NCBI GenBank assembly: GCA_902539195.1
Contig: CACBHZ010000004.1
Span: 3,562-67,561, forward strand
DNA: 64,000 nt
Origin: an uncultured Pelagibacteraceae bacterium
GTDB lineage: Bacteria; Pseudomonadota; Alphaproteobacteria; Pelagibacterales; Pelagibacteraceae
Reading direction: 5' to 3'
Made by a program: the position numbers and the translations under genes
Shown: positions 27,301 to 37,357 of the stretch, piece by piece
Layout: each line of letters begins with the position of its first letter
How positions within the stretch are numbered: the first letter of the stretch is position 1
The notes under the pieces: model-generated
Seen by the model: only the letters and a program-made list of their open reading frames with translations
What the model was told of the DNA's origin: nothing
Databases searched by the model: none

Positions 27301-28863
27301 TTAGTCAAAGCTCGCAAAACGGAATAACGGCTCGTTATTCGGTCTTATCGGAACATTAACATCTTTTTTTGCAGCCCAAGATATAACTTGGTGATGTAAA
27401 GGAAGATAAGAAATATCATCTTTTACTATTTTCCAAGCTTTAGCTATCGCAGCATTTCTCTTATCTAGGTTAACTTCACCTTCCATAACTCTTATCGCAG
27501 CATCTACATCAGAGTTACTAAAGTTAACTCTGTTCCAGCTTGCTCCACTTTCATATAAGTAATGGAAAACATAATGACTATCTAAAGTTGGAACTCCCCA
27601 ACCTAACATATAAAAGTCACCTTGATTATCTTTTAGTTCTTTAAAGTGCTTACTTTTTGTTTGGGCAAATAAATTTACTTTAACACCGATTTTACCTAAC
27701 ATACCAACAACAGCTGTGCATATAGCTTCATCATTTACATATCTGTCATTTGGACATCTAAGCTCAACTTCAAATCCATTCGGATATCCAGCATCAGCTA
27801 GAAGTTTTTTTGCAGCAGCTACATCATAAGGAAGTCTTTTATCAAGTTCTTCTGTGTATCCGTTAACACCTGGAAAAGTAATTATTCCAGCAGGTTCACT
27901 TAAACCTCTCATTACTTTTTTCTTAATAGCTTCAATATCTATAGCTTGATAAAGAGCTTGTCTAACTGCTTTCTTTTTGAATGGATTATCACCTGTATTA
28001 CCTGTTCTAAGTTTATCTGCTCCCTGATCCATACCAAGGAATATAGTTCTCATTTGAGCAGTACTTTCAACTTTGTGAGCAGGTGAATTTTTAATTCTAG
28101 CTAAATCTTGCACAGGTGCATCGGTAACAACATCAATTTCACCAGATAAAAGAGCTGCAACTCTAGTGGCTGCATTTTTTATAGGTAGTAGATGAATTTC
28201 TGTTACTTTGTCATCTTTCATGGTACCCCACCATTTTTTATTACGTTTGAAAACTGTTTTAGTATTTGGTTCTCTTAATGTAATTTTAAATGGTCCAGTT
28301 CCCATAGCATTTGTAGCTGAAAATGTTTCTTGTCCAGCATCCCAGTTCTGCGCCATGACTGCAAAATTCTTTTCACTCCATTTTTTTGACATTATAAAAA
28401 TGTTTGAAAGTTGGTTTAAAAGAATTGGATTTGGTTTACTTGTTGTAATTTCTACTGTGTAGTCATTAACTGCTTTTACACCTGATACTGTACTAATATA
28501 TTCTTTAAAATCAGATGTTCTTTGTTTTGCTCTTAAAATACTAAATACAACGTCTTCAGATGTAAATGGAGTTCCATCAGAAAATTTAACATCTTCTCTT
28601 AATTTAAAGATCCAAGTATTAGGACCTTGAGTTCTCCACTCTGTTGCTAGTTGAGGTCCAATTTTCATATCTAATCCTCTGGTAACTAGAGCTTCATATA
28701 CTTGTCTAGATACTTGAGTGGTAGGACCTTCGTTTTGAGCATGAGGATCAAGTGTTAAACTATCACCCTGCATTGACCATTTAATAGTTTTTGCAAACGC
28801 TTGTGTTGGAGCAAAAGCTAGAAAAAAAGCCAATAAAATTTTTATAAAATACCCATACTTCAT
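27301..28863 (-). CDS. Peptide/nickel ABC solute-binding protein (family 5, DppA-like)
   Basis: LTLDPH, LREDVKFSDG, GTGPFK, RVAALLSGE, VRQALYQAID. Confidence 0.93.
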   Translation of the reverse strand: MKYGYFIKILLAFFLAFAPTQAFAKTIKWSMQGDSLTLDPHAQNEGPTTQVSRQVYEALVTRGLDMKIGPQLATEWRTQGPNTWIFKLREDVKFSDGTPFTSEDVVFSILRAKQRTSDFKEYISTVSGVKAVNDYTVEITTSKPNPILLNQLSNIFIMSKKWSEKNFAVMAQNWDAGQETFSATNAMGTGPFKITLREPNTKTVFKRNKKWWGTMKDDKVTEIHLLPIKNAATRVAALLSGEIDVVTDAPVQDLARIKNSPAHKVESTAQMRTIFLGMDQGADKLRTGNTGDNPFKKKAVRQALYQAIDIEAIKKKVMRGLSEPAGIITFPGVNGYTEELDKRLPYDVAAAKKLLADAGYPNGFEVELRCPNDRYVNDEAICTAVVGMLGKIGVKVNLFAQTKSKHFKELKDNQGDFYMLGWGVPTLDSHYVFHYLYESGASWNRVNFSNSDVDAAIRVMEGEVNLDKRNAAIAKAWKIVKDDISYLPLHHQVISWAAKKDVNVPIRPNNEPLFRFASFD

Positions 28864-28924
28864 TTCTCTCTCCTATATTATTAAAATAAAAATCTAACTT
28901 ATTAATTATGTAAACTAAAGTGAT

Positions 28925-29650
28925 TTAATTCACTATTTTTTTGAAGTTTTCGTAAAGAATTTTAGAATATTTGTTCATAGATTGAATGTTGTCTTTCGCA
29001 TCACTATCAAATTTATCAAGAGCTCCTTGTCCTAACTGACTCTCTAAAGCAGACTTATATTCAGGCACACATCCCCATTCTCCTACAGTGGTATCTTTTA
29101 TCTCTATGTGAAATTGAATACCGTAAGCATGTTTTTTGTATTTAAAAATTTGGTATTTCGTTTCAGGAGATGACGCTAAAAGAGTTATATCATTATTATT
29201 TTCTAGATTTTGAACTTCATATGAATGCCATTGGAGTGATTTAATAATATCAGGATATTCTTTAAATAATAAATCGTCCTTTTTACTATTTAAAAAATTA
29301 ATGTCTAAAATACCTATCTCTGGATTTTTTGATTTAACTACTTTACCTCCAACTACCTCTCCTAATAATTGACAACCTAAACAAAAACCTAAATATGGTT
29401 TATTTAATTCTATTACAAATTCTTTGATTTTTTTTTTCTCTTCTCTTAACCAAGGGTAATCTTTTTCCATCCAAGTATCCATTGGTCCGCCCATACAAAA
29501 CATTGCATCAAATCCAGTTAAATCATCAGGTATTTTTTCTCCTTCGTCAAGTTCTACAGTTTTAATATGAACTTTATCCTTTAACATTAAATCTTTAATA
29601 TAACCAGGATCCTCAATTTTAATGTGTTGAAGAACAATTATATTTTTCAT
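28925..29650 (-). CDS. Type 1 glutamine amidotransferase family protein
   Basis: MGGPM, GFCLGCQLL (catalytic Cys), QFHIE. Confidence 0.9.
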   Translation of the reverse strand: MKNIIVLQHIKIEDPGYIKDLMLKDKVHIKTVELDEGEKIPDDLTGFDAMFCMGGPMDTWMEKDYPWLREEKKKIKEFVIELNKPYLGFCLGCQLLGEVVGGKVVKSKNPEIGILDINFLNSKKDDLLFKEYPDIIKSLQWHSYEVQNLENNNDITLLASSPETKYQIFKYKKHAYGIQFHIEIKDTTVGEWGCVPEYKSALESQLGQGALDKFDSDAKDNIQSMNKYSKILYENFKKIVN

Positions 29651-30450
29651 GTAGCTGGCTTGAGTAATTTTAAAATTTTTTTATGATTTGATAAATTATT
29701 TGAAACAATTATTTTTCCACCTAATGAAGCGTCTTTATTATCCCATGTAGTAATTATTCCACCTGATGCTTTAATAATTGGTATTATCGGATGTATATCC
29801 CAAATTTTGTTTGCACATTGAGCTACAATATCTAGTCTTCCCTCTGCTAATTGGCAATATGTTAGTGCATCGAAACATGGAAACTGCATTCTCTTGATAA
29901 ATTTCATTATTTTTTTTTGTTTTTGAAAAGATAAAGTTCCGTGAAAAGCAGCAGCTACTTTCAAATAATCAAATTTTATTTTTTTGTTTACTTTTAATTT
30001 TCTTTTTTTTCCATTTTCAAACACAAAAGCAGATTTATCATCTTGATTTAAATAGTATCTTTTCATTCTTGGAAAATTTGCTAAACCAACTATAGGGGCG
30101 TCGTTATAATTTAGAGAAATTAAATTGCTCCATGTAGGATTTCCAGCGACAAATGATCTTGTCCCATCAATTGGGTCAATTATCCATGAAAATAGACTTT
30201 TTGTTTTTTTTGCTCCAAACTCTTCACCGATAATTTGATGATCTGGGAACTTATCATTAATCTTTTTTCTTATAAATTTTTCAAAAGCTTTATCAGCACT
30301 TGTAACGGGATCATAACCTTTGCCTTTTAACTTGTTATTAATTGTAAAAGTTTTGTTAAGTTTAGTGTAATAAAAATTAGTTAAATCTTTAGCAAGCTTA
30401 TTCAAAAAGGTGTAATAAATCGTGAAATCTTTTGTTTTTTTGAAGGTCAT
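29647..30450 (-). CDS. Inositol monophosphatase family protein (HisN-like)
   Basis: DPVTSAD, GEE, WIIDPIDGT, WD...ASGG. Confidence 0.85.
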   Translation of the reverse strand: MTFKKTKDFTIYYTFLNKLAKDLTNFYYTKLNKTFTINNKLKGKGYDPVTSADKAFEKFIRKKINDKFPDHQIIGEEFGAKKTKSLFSWIIDPIDGTRSFVAGNPTWSNLISLNYNDAPIVGLANFPRMKRYYLNQDDKSAFVFENGKKRKLKVNKKIKFDYLKVAAAFHGTLSFQKQKKIMKFIKRMQFPCFDALTYCQLAEGRLDIVAQCANKIWDIHPIIPIIKASGGIITTWDNKDASLGGKIIVSNNLSNHKKILKLLKPAT

Positions 30451-30537
30451 TTATCTGATGAGTAATAGTTAAAATATACAACTAGTTCAAATAAAATATC
30501 TTGAAAATTTTAGAATTTGATAGAAGAATCCAGATAG

Positions 30538-31641
30538 ATGAAAATAGAAATTAATTCTAAAAAAGTATTTATAAATAGTGGTAATAATAAAGAAGAAATA
30601 CATCCATTTTGGCTTAGAGAAAGAATAAATAACGAAGATGCTCTGGATAAAGGAAATCAACAAAGATTATTTGATCCAAATTCTATAAATACTAACATTG
30701 ATATAGAAAAAATTGAGAATGAAGATGGATTACTTAATTTATTTTTCAATGATGGAACCAATTATAAAATAAAAGAAGATCAAATATTAAATGAGTATAA
30801 ATCGCAAAATCTTGATCCTATTTCAATTGATAAAATTAAATGGGATTCAAATTTTAATAATTTTCAAAAATTTAAATTTGAAAATGATATTTTTAAAAAA
30901 AAAATCATGTATGATTTATTAGTATCATTCTATAAATATGGTTTTGTAGTTTTAACTAATGTTACAACTGAAGATAATTTTATTATTAAATTTGCAAATT
31001 CAATTGGCAGTGTAAGAAGAACTAATTTTGGGGAATTTTTTAATGTAAGATCTGTGCCTAATCCAAATGATTTGGCTTATACATCATTAGCATTATCTCC
31101 ACATACAGATAATCCATATAGAAAACCAGTTCCTTGTGTTCAATTATTGCATTGTATTACAAATAATGTGAGTGGAGGAAATTCTACCTTGGTTGATGGT
31201 TACACAGTAAGTGAAAAAATCAAAGAGGATTATCCAGAATATTATGAAATTTTATCTTCAGTTAAAGTAAAATTTAAATTTATAGACAATACAGTTGTTC
31301 TAGAAGATATGTCTGAGTTAATTAAATTGGATGAAAATAATAATTTTAAACAAGTTAGATTTAGTCCAAGATTAGATTATGCTCCGATATTAGAAAAATC
31401 AAAATTGGATTTATTCTATAAAGCTAGAAATAAAATTTCTGAATTATATAACTCTGATAAATATAAAGTTGAATTTAAATTAGAAACTGGAGATTTATTA
31501 ATGATGGACAATCATAGATTACTTCATGGAAGAACAAAATATGATGTTAACGAAGGTGATAGATATTTACAAGGATGCTACATTGATTTCGACAGTACAG
31601 AAGGTAAACTTAGACATTTAAAAAGAAAATTTAATCTTTAA
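30538..31641 (+). CDS. Fe(II)/2-oxoglutarate dioxygenase, gamma-butyrobetaine hydroxylase/TauD family
   Basis: N-terminal FWLRER, LAYT...PHTDNPY, DNHRLLHGR, YLQGCY. Confidence 0.88.
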   Translation: MKIEINSKKVFINSGNNKEEIHPFWLRERINNEDALDKGNQQRLFDPNSINTNIDIEKIENEDGLLNLFFNDGTNYKIKEDQILNEYKSQNLDPISIDKIKWDSNFNNFQKFKFENDIFKKKIMYDLLVSFYKYGFVVLTNVTTEDNFIIKFANSIGSVRRTNFGEFFNVRSVPNPNDLAYTSLALSPHTDNPYRKPVPCVQLLHCITNNVSGGNSTLVDGYTVSEKIKEDYPEYYEILSSVKVKFKFIDNTVVLEDMSELIKLDENNNFKQVRFSPRLDYAPILEKSKLDLFYKARNKISELYNSDKYKVEFKLETGDLLMMDNHRLLHGRTKYDVNEGDRYLQGCYIDFDSTEGKLRHLKRKFNL

Positions 31642-32218
31642 ATAATTCTTTTATTTTTTCTTCAGCGTTTTTTATCGACTTTTCATAATCTAAAGCCATT
31701 TGATCTGCTGCAACTATATCGATTTTTTTAATACCAAAAAAATTTAACATATGTATCAACCACGGGGTTAAAAAGTCTTCTTCACCTTGTATTTTTGTTC
31801 CGCCAGAAGTAATTACTAAATATACCTGCTTATCTTCTAATAAACCTTTTCTTCTTCCGTCATCCCCATATTTAAATGTCAATTTTACTCTGGCTGCAAG
31901 ATCAGCCCAAGCTTTAAGGGTTGCTGGTGGGCCAAAATTATAAATTGGCACTGATATAATAATTACATCACATTCTTTTAACTCCGATACTAACTTATCA
32001 GATAATTCAAACATTTTCTTATGTTCATCTGTTTGCTCATTCTCTGGAATTTTCATTCCAGACTCAGTTAAGCCAGATATAAAAAGCATTTCGTCATCTA
32101 GGTCTCTATAAATGACCTCATCATTATCTTTTTTAACTTTATCAAGTATTTTTTTTGCAAGCATCCTTGAGGTAGAACCTTCTTTTCTAGCACTGCAATC
32201 GATTTGGTATATTTTCAT
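31631..32218 (-). CDS. azoR: FMN-dependent NADH azoreductase/quinone reductase
   Basis: CSAR..GSTSR, PIYNFG.PATLKAW, TFKY, TSGG. Confidence 0.85.
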   Translation of the reverse strand: MKIYQIDCSARKEGSTSRMLAKKILDKVKKDNDEVIYRDLDDEMLFISGLTESGMKIPENEQTDEHKKMFELSDKLVSELKECDVIIISVPIYNFGPPATLKAWADLAARVKLTFKYGDDGRRKGLLEDKQVYLVITSGGTKIQGEEDFLTPWLIHMLNFFGIKKIDIVAADQMALDYEKSIKNAEEKIKELFKD

Positions 32219-32220
32219 TT

Positions 32221-32928
32221 TTATCCAAGTTTTTGAAGTATAGGAAAATACTTTAATATGTAAAATCCTAAAGCTTGCAACTGGTTTGTAATCATTAATA
32301 TTCCTGTTATCAATAACAATCCTCCACCAACTCTTGAAATAGTTATCATTTTTGATTTTAGATTTTTTGTAACAACCATAAAACGTTGAATCAAATAACC
32401 TGATGCAATAAAAGGCAGTGCTAAACCAAGTGAATAGAACACAAGTAACAATATACCTCGGTTCAAACTTTGCTCAATTGAAGCTAAAGCTAATATTGAT
32501 CCTAAAATAGGTCCAATACATGGAGTCCATCCAAATCCAAATGCCATACCAACTAATATTGAGCTAAAATTTCCTGATTTAATCTCAGTATTAATTCTTT
32601 TTTCATAATTTAAAAACTTAATATTAATTAATCCCATAATATGAAGGGAGAAAATAATTATAATACTTCCTGCAATAATTCTTAGTTCAAAAGAGTTACT
32701 TAAAATTAAAGAACCTAAAAAAGTTGCGGTAGCTCCAAAGCTTATAAAAACAATTGAAAAACCAAAAGTAAATAAAACTATAGGGAATATATTAATCGTT
32801 TTTTTTTCTAATAATTCATTTAAAGAGCTTCCAGAAATATAAGATATATATCCAGGTATTAATGGAAGTACACATGGAGACAAAAAGCTTATTAATCCAG
32901 CTCCAAATGCAACAAATAATTCTATCAT
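32221..32928 (-). CDS. ccdA: Cytochrome c biogenesis protein CcdA
   Basis: SFLSPCVLPLIP and GWTPCIGPIL. Confidence 0.93.
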   Translation of the reverse strand: MIELFVAFGAGLISFLSPCVLPLIPGYISYISGSSLNELLEKKTINIFPIVLFTFGFSIVFISFGATATFLGSLILSNSFELRIIAGSIIIIFSLHIMGLINIKFLNYEKRINTEIKSGNFSSILVGMAFGFGWTPCIGPILGSILALASIEQSLNRGILLLVFYSLGLALPFIASGYLIQRFMVVTKNLKSKMITISRVGGGLLLITGILMITNQLQALGFYILKYFPILQKLG

Positions 32929-35610
32929 TTAACCAGTATTTTTCATTGCAGCTGAAATACCTGCAATAGATGTTAATAATGCATCATTAAGATCATTTTT
33001 TTTATCTGAATTTAATTTTTTGTTTTTAATTTTATTCATAACTACTGCTTGAATTATATTTAATACCTCTGTGTAAATATTTCTTACAATAACTCCTGAT
33101 CTAAATTTTTTTCTTTCATTTATAATTTCTTTTGGCGTAATCTTTTTATTTAATTTTTTAATAACTTCGAATTGGAACCTAAGTTTTTTTCCAACTCTTT
33201 TTAAATCTTTGTCAGCTAAATACTCCTCATATATTTTTGAAATATCTGGGTCCACTTTTGAAATTACCATATCCAAGATATCCATCATTGAATTGAAGAA
33301 AGGCCAGTTTTTTTCCATATCTATTAGTGTTTTTTCAAATTTTTTAATTGATGAATATCTTAAAGCTTCTGCACTTCCAAGCCATGCTGGGAGCATTAGT
33401 CTTATTTGTGTCCAAGCAAATACCCAGGGTATTGCTCTTAAACCTTTGATATTATCAATATTCTTTCTTTTAGACGGTCTTGATCCAATTGAAAGTTTTC
33501 CTAAAGACACATGTGGCGTAACGGTTTTAAAATATTTAATAAAATCTGAACTTTGATTAATATTTTTTCTATATGAGCTTTTTGAAATATCAGACATTTT
33601 TTCAATTAGATTTCTCCAATCTTTTTTAGGGACTGGCGGTGGGGTTAATGTTGCCTCCATTACCGCTCCTATATAGCTACATAAATTATAAATTGCTAAA
33701 GGCTGATATCCATATTTCTGTTGAATTACTTCTCCTTGATCTGTTATCCTGATTTTTCCATTTACAGTATTTGGTGGTTGAGATTTTAAAGTAGCTTGAA
33801 TTGGACCTCCTCCTCTACCCGCAGAACCTCCTCTTCCATGAAAGAACGTAACATCTATGTTATATTTTTTAGCAATTTTAATAATTTCTTCTTGAGCCTT
33901 ATATTGATGCCAACTTGCACAAATTTTTCCAGCATCTTTGCTTGAGTCTGAATATCCAATCATGACTTCTTGTTTATTTTTTATTAAATCTCTGTACCAC
34001 TTTAATGAAAACAAACTGGCCATTATTGATTTTGCGTTAATTAAGTCATCTAATGTTTCAAATAAAGGGACAACTCTTAATTTGTTTTTAATATTTGCTT
34101 CTTTTTGCAAATATAAAACAGAGAGAATGTCAGATGCAGATGATGTCATTGAAATAACATAAGCTCCTAAACATTCAGGCGGCTCTTCAGATAAAATTTT
34201 AAATGTTGACCAAACTTCTTTATTTTCTTTATTTTTAAAATTAAAGTTTTTTATGAAATTTGATTTTTTTTTCATCTTAGAAGATAAAAATTTAATTTTT
34301 TCCTCCTCACTCCATTTTAAATAATTAAGTTTATTTTTTTTCTTAATAAGTTCATTAATTAACTGTGAGTGTCTAGTTGACTCTTGTCTAATATCTAGTT
34401 TTGCAAGATTGACTCCAAAACATTTTGCTCTTCTCATTAAATCTAATAATTCGCCACTTGCTATATTTTCACTTTGATTTTCCTCTAAAGACTCACGGAC
34501 AATTCTAAGAGGTTTTAAAATTTCCTCTTTTGAGTTTAGCAATTTTTTATAGTCCAAAGGTTTTTTATTCACTATGAACTGTTCAATTGCTCTGTGAGTA
34601 AATCTCATTTTATCCCTTAGAGGTCTTAAGAAAACTCTGTAAGGCTCAAATGATTTTCCTGTTAGTTTTTGAATTTTTTTAGAACATTTTCTCATTGAAT
34701 ACGATCTAATTAATTTAGTAAGTTCTTTTTCATACAATTTTGCTGCTTCCCATCTTGATAATAACAAAACTTCTTTGGTTACTTTTGAAGTTACATTTGG
34801 ATTTCCATCTCTATCACCTCCCATCCATGATCCAAACTCAATAGGATTAAAATTTTTTGGCAAACCTTTACCCATATTTTTCAAAAATATATCATTGAGT
34901 CTTCTGTAGACTTTTGGAATAGTTTCCCAAAGACTATCCTCTATTATTGCAAGACCCCATCGCGCTTCATCGGCTGGAGACGGTTTTGATCTTTTTAAGT
35001 CATCTGTATTCCAGATAATGGTAAATTCATCATGAATTTTTTTATTTAAAGATTTTATTTTTAAAGCGTGATCTTTAAATAACTCTCTTTCTTCAAGTAT
35101 TTCTGTAATTTTATGATATTTTTGAATTAAAGTTCTTCTTTTGACCTCTGTTGGATGAGCTGTCAAAACTATTCCAATATTTAAATTTTTCGCAAAATTA
35201 TATATTTTATTATTATTAATTTTTTTATTTTTAAATAATTTCTCAAAAATTTCTTCTATAAAAATATTTTTTTGATTTTTACCGTCTCTTTTATTTTCAT
35301 ATTGGTTGAGTTGTCTAGATGCATCAATAGACTCGGCTAGATTTATAAAATTCATAAAATGATTAAATGCTCTTGCAAGCTTGTAAGTATTTTTAGGATT
35401 AATACTTTTTATTTCACTAGAAATTTTTTTATATGATCTTTTTTGGATTTTATTTGCTTTTGATAACTTTCTAATTTTCTCAACAAGATTATAAAAGCTT
35501 TTACCTTCTTGTTCTTTAATTACATTTCCTAATGAATTTCCTAAAAACCTAACATCCTCTCTTAAAGATTTTGTTGGAATTCTCTCATAATATAAGTCTC
35601 TTTTGATCAC
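32929..35610 (-). CDS. ppc: Phosphoenolpyruvate carboxylase
   Basis: VLTAHPTE, WMGGDRDGNP, MIGYSDS.KD, FHGRGG..GRGG, LRAIPW, C-terminal MKNTG. Confidence 0.97.
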   Translation of the reverse strand: MIKRDLYYERIPTKSLREDVRFLGNSLGNVIKEQEGKSFYNLVEKIRKLSKANKIQKRSYKKISSEIKSINPKNTYKLARAFNHFMNFINLAESIDASRQLNQYENKRDGKNQKNIFIEEIFEKLFKNKKINNNKIYNFAKNLNIGIVLTAHPTEVKRRTLIQKYHKITEILEERELFKDHALKIKSLNKKIHDEFTIIWNTDDLKRSKPSPADEARWGLAIIEDSLWETIPKVYRRLNDIFLKNMGKGLPKNFNPIEFGSWMGGDRDGNPNVTSKVTKEVLLLSRWEAAKLYEKELTKLIRSYSMRKCSKKIQKLTGKSFEPYRVFLRPLRDKMRFTHRAIEQFIVNKKPLDYKKLLNSKEEILKPLRIVRESLEENQSENIASGELLDLMRRAKCFGVNLAKLDIRQESTRHSQLINELIKKKNKLNYLKWSEEEKIKFLSSKMKKKSNFIKNFNFKNKENKEVWSTFKILSEEPPECLGAYVISMTSSASDILSVLYLQKEANIKNKLRVVPLFETLDDLINAKSIMASLFSLKWYRDLIKNKQEVMIGYSDSSKDAGKICASWHQYKAQEEIIKIAKKYNIDVTFFHGRGGSAGRGGGPIQATLKSQPPNTVNGKIRITDQGEVIQQKYGYQPLAIYNLCSYIGAVMEATLTPPPVPKKDWRNLIEKMSDISKSSYRKNINQSSDFIKYFKTVTPHVSLGKLSIGSRPSKRKNIDNIKGLRAIPWVFAWTQIRLMLPAWLGSAEALRYSSIKKFEKTLIDMEKNWPFFNSMMDILDMVISKVDPDISKIYEEYLADKDLKRVGKKLRFQFEVIKKLNKKITPKEIINERKKFRSGVIVRNIYTEVLNIIQAVVMNKIKNKKLNSDKKNDLNDALLTSIAGISAAMKNTG

Positions 35611-35644
35611 AATTTATTATACCAAAAAAGAGATTATATTTGGA

Positions 35645-36487
35645 TTAAATTGCTACTACTTTTGATTTTTGTTCACCAAGAAGTTCAATTGAAAGCCTCA
35701 TTTCATCACCTGCTTTTAAAAATTTTTGTGGCTTCATTCCCATTCCAACTCCTGGGGGTGTTCCTGTGGTAATGATATCTCCTGGTTGAAGGGACATATA
35801 TCGACTAACATATGAAACAATATGATCTACATTAAAAATCATTGTTTTTGTATTACCCGTTTGCATTCGTTCACCATTTAAATCTAATTCCATGTTTAGG
35901 TTGTTTACATCATTAATCTCATCTTTGGTCACAAGGTATGGACCAATAGGACCAAATGTATCGTGCGACTTACCTTTTACCCACTGTCCCATTTTTTCTA
36001 TTTGCCACTCTCTTTCACTTACATCATTCACTAAACAATAACCTAAGATATAATCTTGTGAATTTTTCTCTGGGATATTTTTAGCATTTTTTCCTATAAC
36101 TAAACCTAGCTCAACTTCCCAATCTAGTTTTTTTGAATAGCTTGTAATTTCAATATCATCATTTGGTCCATTGATTGAACTACTGGCTTTCATAAACACA
36201 ATTGGTTCTGTTGGTGGTTTTGCTCCAGTTTCCGCTGCATGGTCAGAAAAATTTAATCCAATTGCAATAAATTTTCCTGGTTTAGTTATGCATGAACCAA
36301 TCCTTGTATTATTTGAAATCTCAGGCAATGATGATGCATCAATTTGTTTAATTTTTTCAATTGTTTCAAAATTTAAATGAGTTGGATCTAAATCATTTAT
36401 ATGTTTGGATATATCTCTCAACTTTCCATCTTTATCTAATATAGCTGGCTTTTCTTGACTTTTTTCTCCCACTCTTAGTAATTTCAT
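35645..36487 (-). CDS. Fumarylacetoacetate hydrolase family protein
   Basis: IGLN..DHAAE, DWEVEL, NDVSER, KGKS.DTFGP.GP, TGTPPGVG. Confidence 0.92.
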   Translation of the reverse strand: MKLLRVGEKSQEKPAILDKDGKLRDISKHINDLDPTHLNFETIEKIKQIDASSLPEISNNTRIGSCITKPGKFIAIGLNFSDHAAETGAKPPTEPIVFMKASSSINGPNDDIEITSYSKKLDWEVELGLVIGKNAKNIPEKNSQDYILGYCLVNDVSEREWQIEKMGQWVKGKSHDTFGPIGPYLVTKDEINDVNNLNMELDLNGERMQTGNTKTMIFNVDHIVSYVSRYMSLQPGDIITTGTPPGVGMGMKPQKFLKAGDEMRLSIELLGEQKSKVVAI

Positions 36488-36501
36488 TTTATCTCCAATA
36501 A

Positions 36502-37356
36502 TTATTTATAGCTTTTGTATAACGAACTATGATCATAATTACCCAATCCTTTTTTAACGAGATTATTATACATTTTTTTAACTATTTTAGATAAAGGTAA
36601 TTCTAGCTTTTTATTTTTTGCACAATCAAGGATGTTGTTCATATCTTTTAATTGAGAAAAATTTTTTCCTCTTGGTTTAAAATCTTTTTTGATCATTCTT
36701 AATCCATGAGTTTGTAAAACTTTACTGTCAGCCCACCCCCCTTTTAATGCTTTGAGAATATTTATTGGATTTACATTATTTTTTTGTGCTAATTTAATAG
36801 CTTCTGCAACAGATCCAATTGTAATTCCTACTATTATTTGATTAGCTAATTTTGCTATTTGACCTGCAGAATTTTTTCCAACTAAAACAGGATTGCCTAA
36901 TTTCTTTAGTATATTTAAATTTTTAGAAAAAACTTTCTTATCTCCGCCAACCATTATGGCCAGCTGAGCATTCTCTGCACCATTTGTGCCTCCAGAAACT
37001 GGCGCGTCCAAAAAATTAACTTTATATTTTTTTAATAATTTTGATAAATTTATTGCTGTTTTAGGATTTGCAGAACTCATATCTATAACTGTAGATCCTG
37101 CTTTTAAATTTTTTAAAAATTCTAAGTTAGAATATATTTTTTTTATAGCCTTATCATCAGACAACATAGTAATTATTAAATCCTGGTCAGAAACAACTTC
37201 CTTTAATGAATTACATACTTTTGCGCCATAATTTTTTAATTTATCAGCTTTTTTTTTTGTTCTATTAAAAACTTTGACTTGATATTTAGATTTTAGAAGA
37301 TTTTTTGCCATAGGAGCACCCATTAATCCAATTCCTATAAAACCGATTTTTGTCAT
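36502..37356 (-). CDS. Beta-hydroxyacid dehydrogenase (2-hydroxy-3-oxopropionate reductase GarR/GlxR-like)
   Basis: FIGIGLMG.PMA, DAPVSGG, KLANQIIV, GGWADS.VL..HG.RM. Confidence 0.85.
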   Translation of the reverse strand: MTKIGFIGIGLMGAPMAKNLLKSKYQVKVFNRTKKKADKLKNYGAKVCNSLKEVVSDQDLIITMLSDDKAIKKIYSNLEFLKNLKAGSTVIDMSSANPKTAINLSKLLKKYKVNFLDAPVSGGTNGAENAQLAIMVGGDKKVFSKNLNILKKLGNPVLVGKNSAGQIAKLANQIIVGITIGSVAEAIKLAQKNNVNPINILKALKGGWADSKVLQTHGLRMIKKDFKPRGKNFSQLKDMNNILDCAKNKKLELPLSKIVKKMYNNLVKKGLGNYDHSSLYKSYK

Positions 37357-37357
37357 A

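Noticed and set aside
29647-30450. Inositol monophosphatase as part of the iol pathway
   Set aside because: The DPVT.AD motif and overall pattern fit the HisN-like branch, and the gene is 15 kb from iolD in a different gene run.
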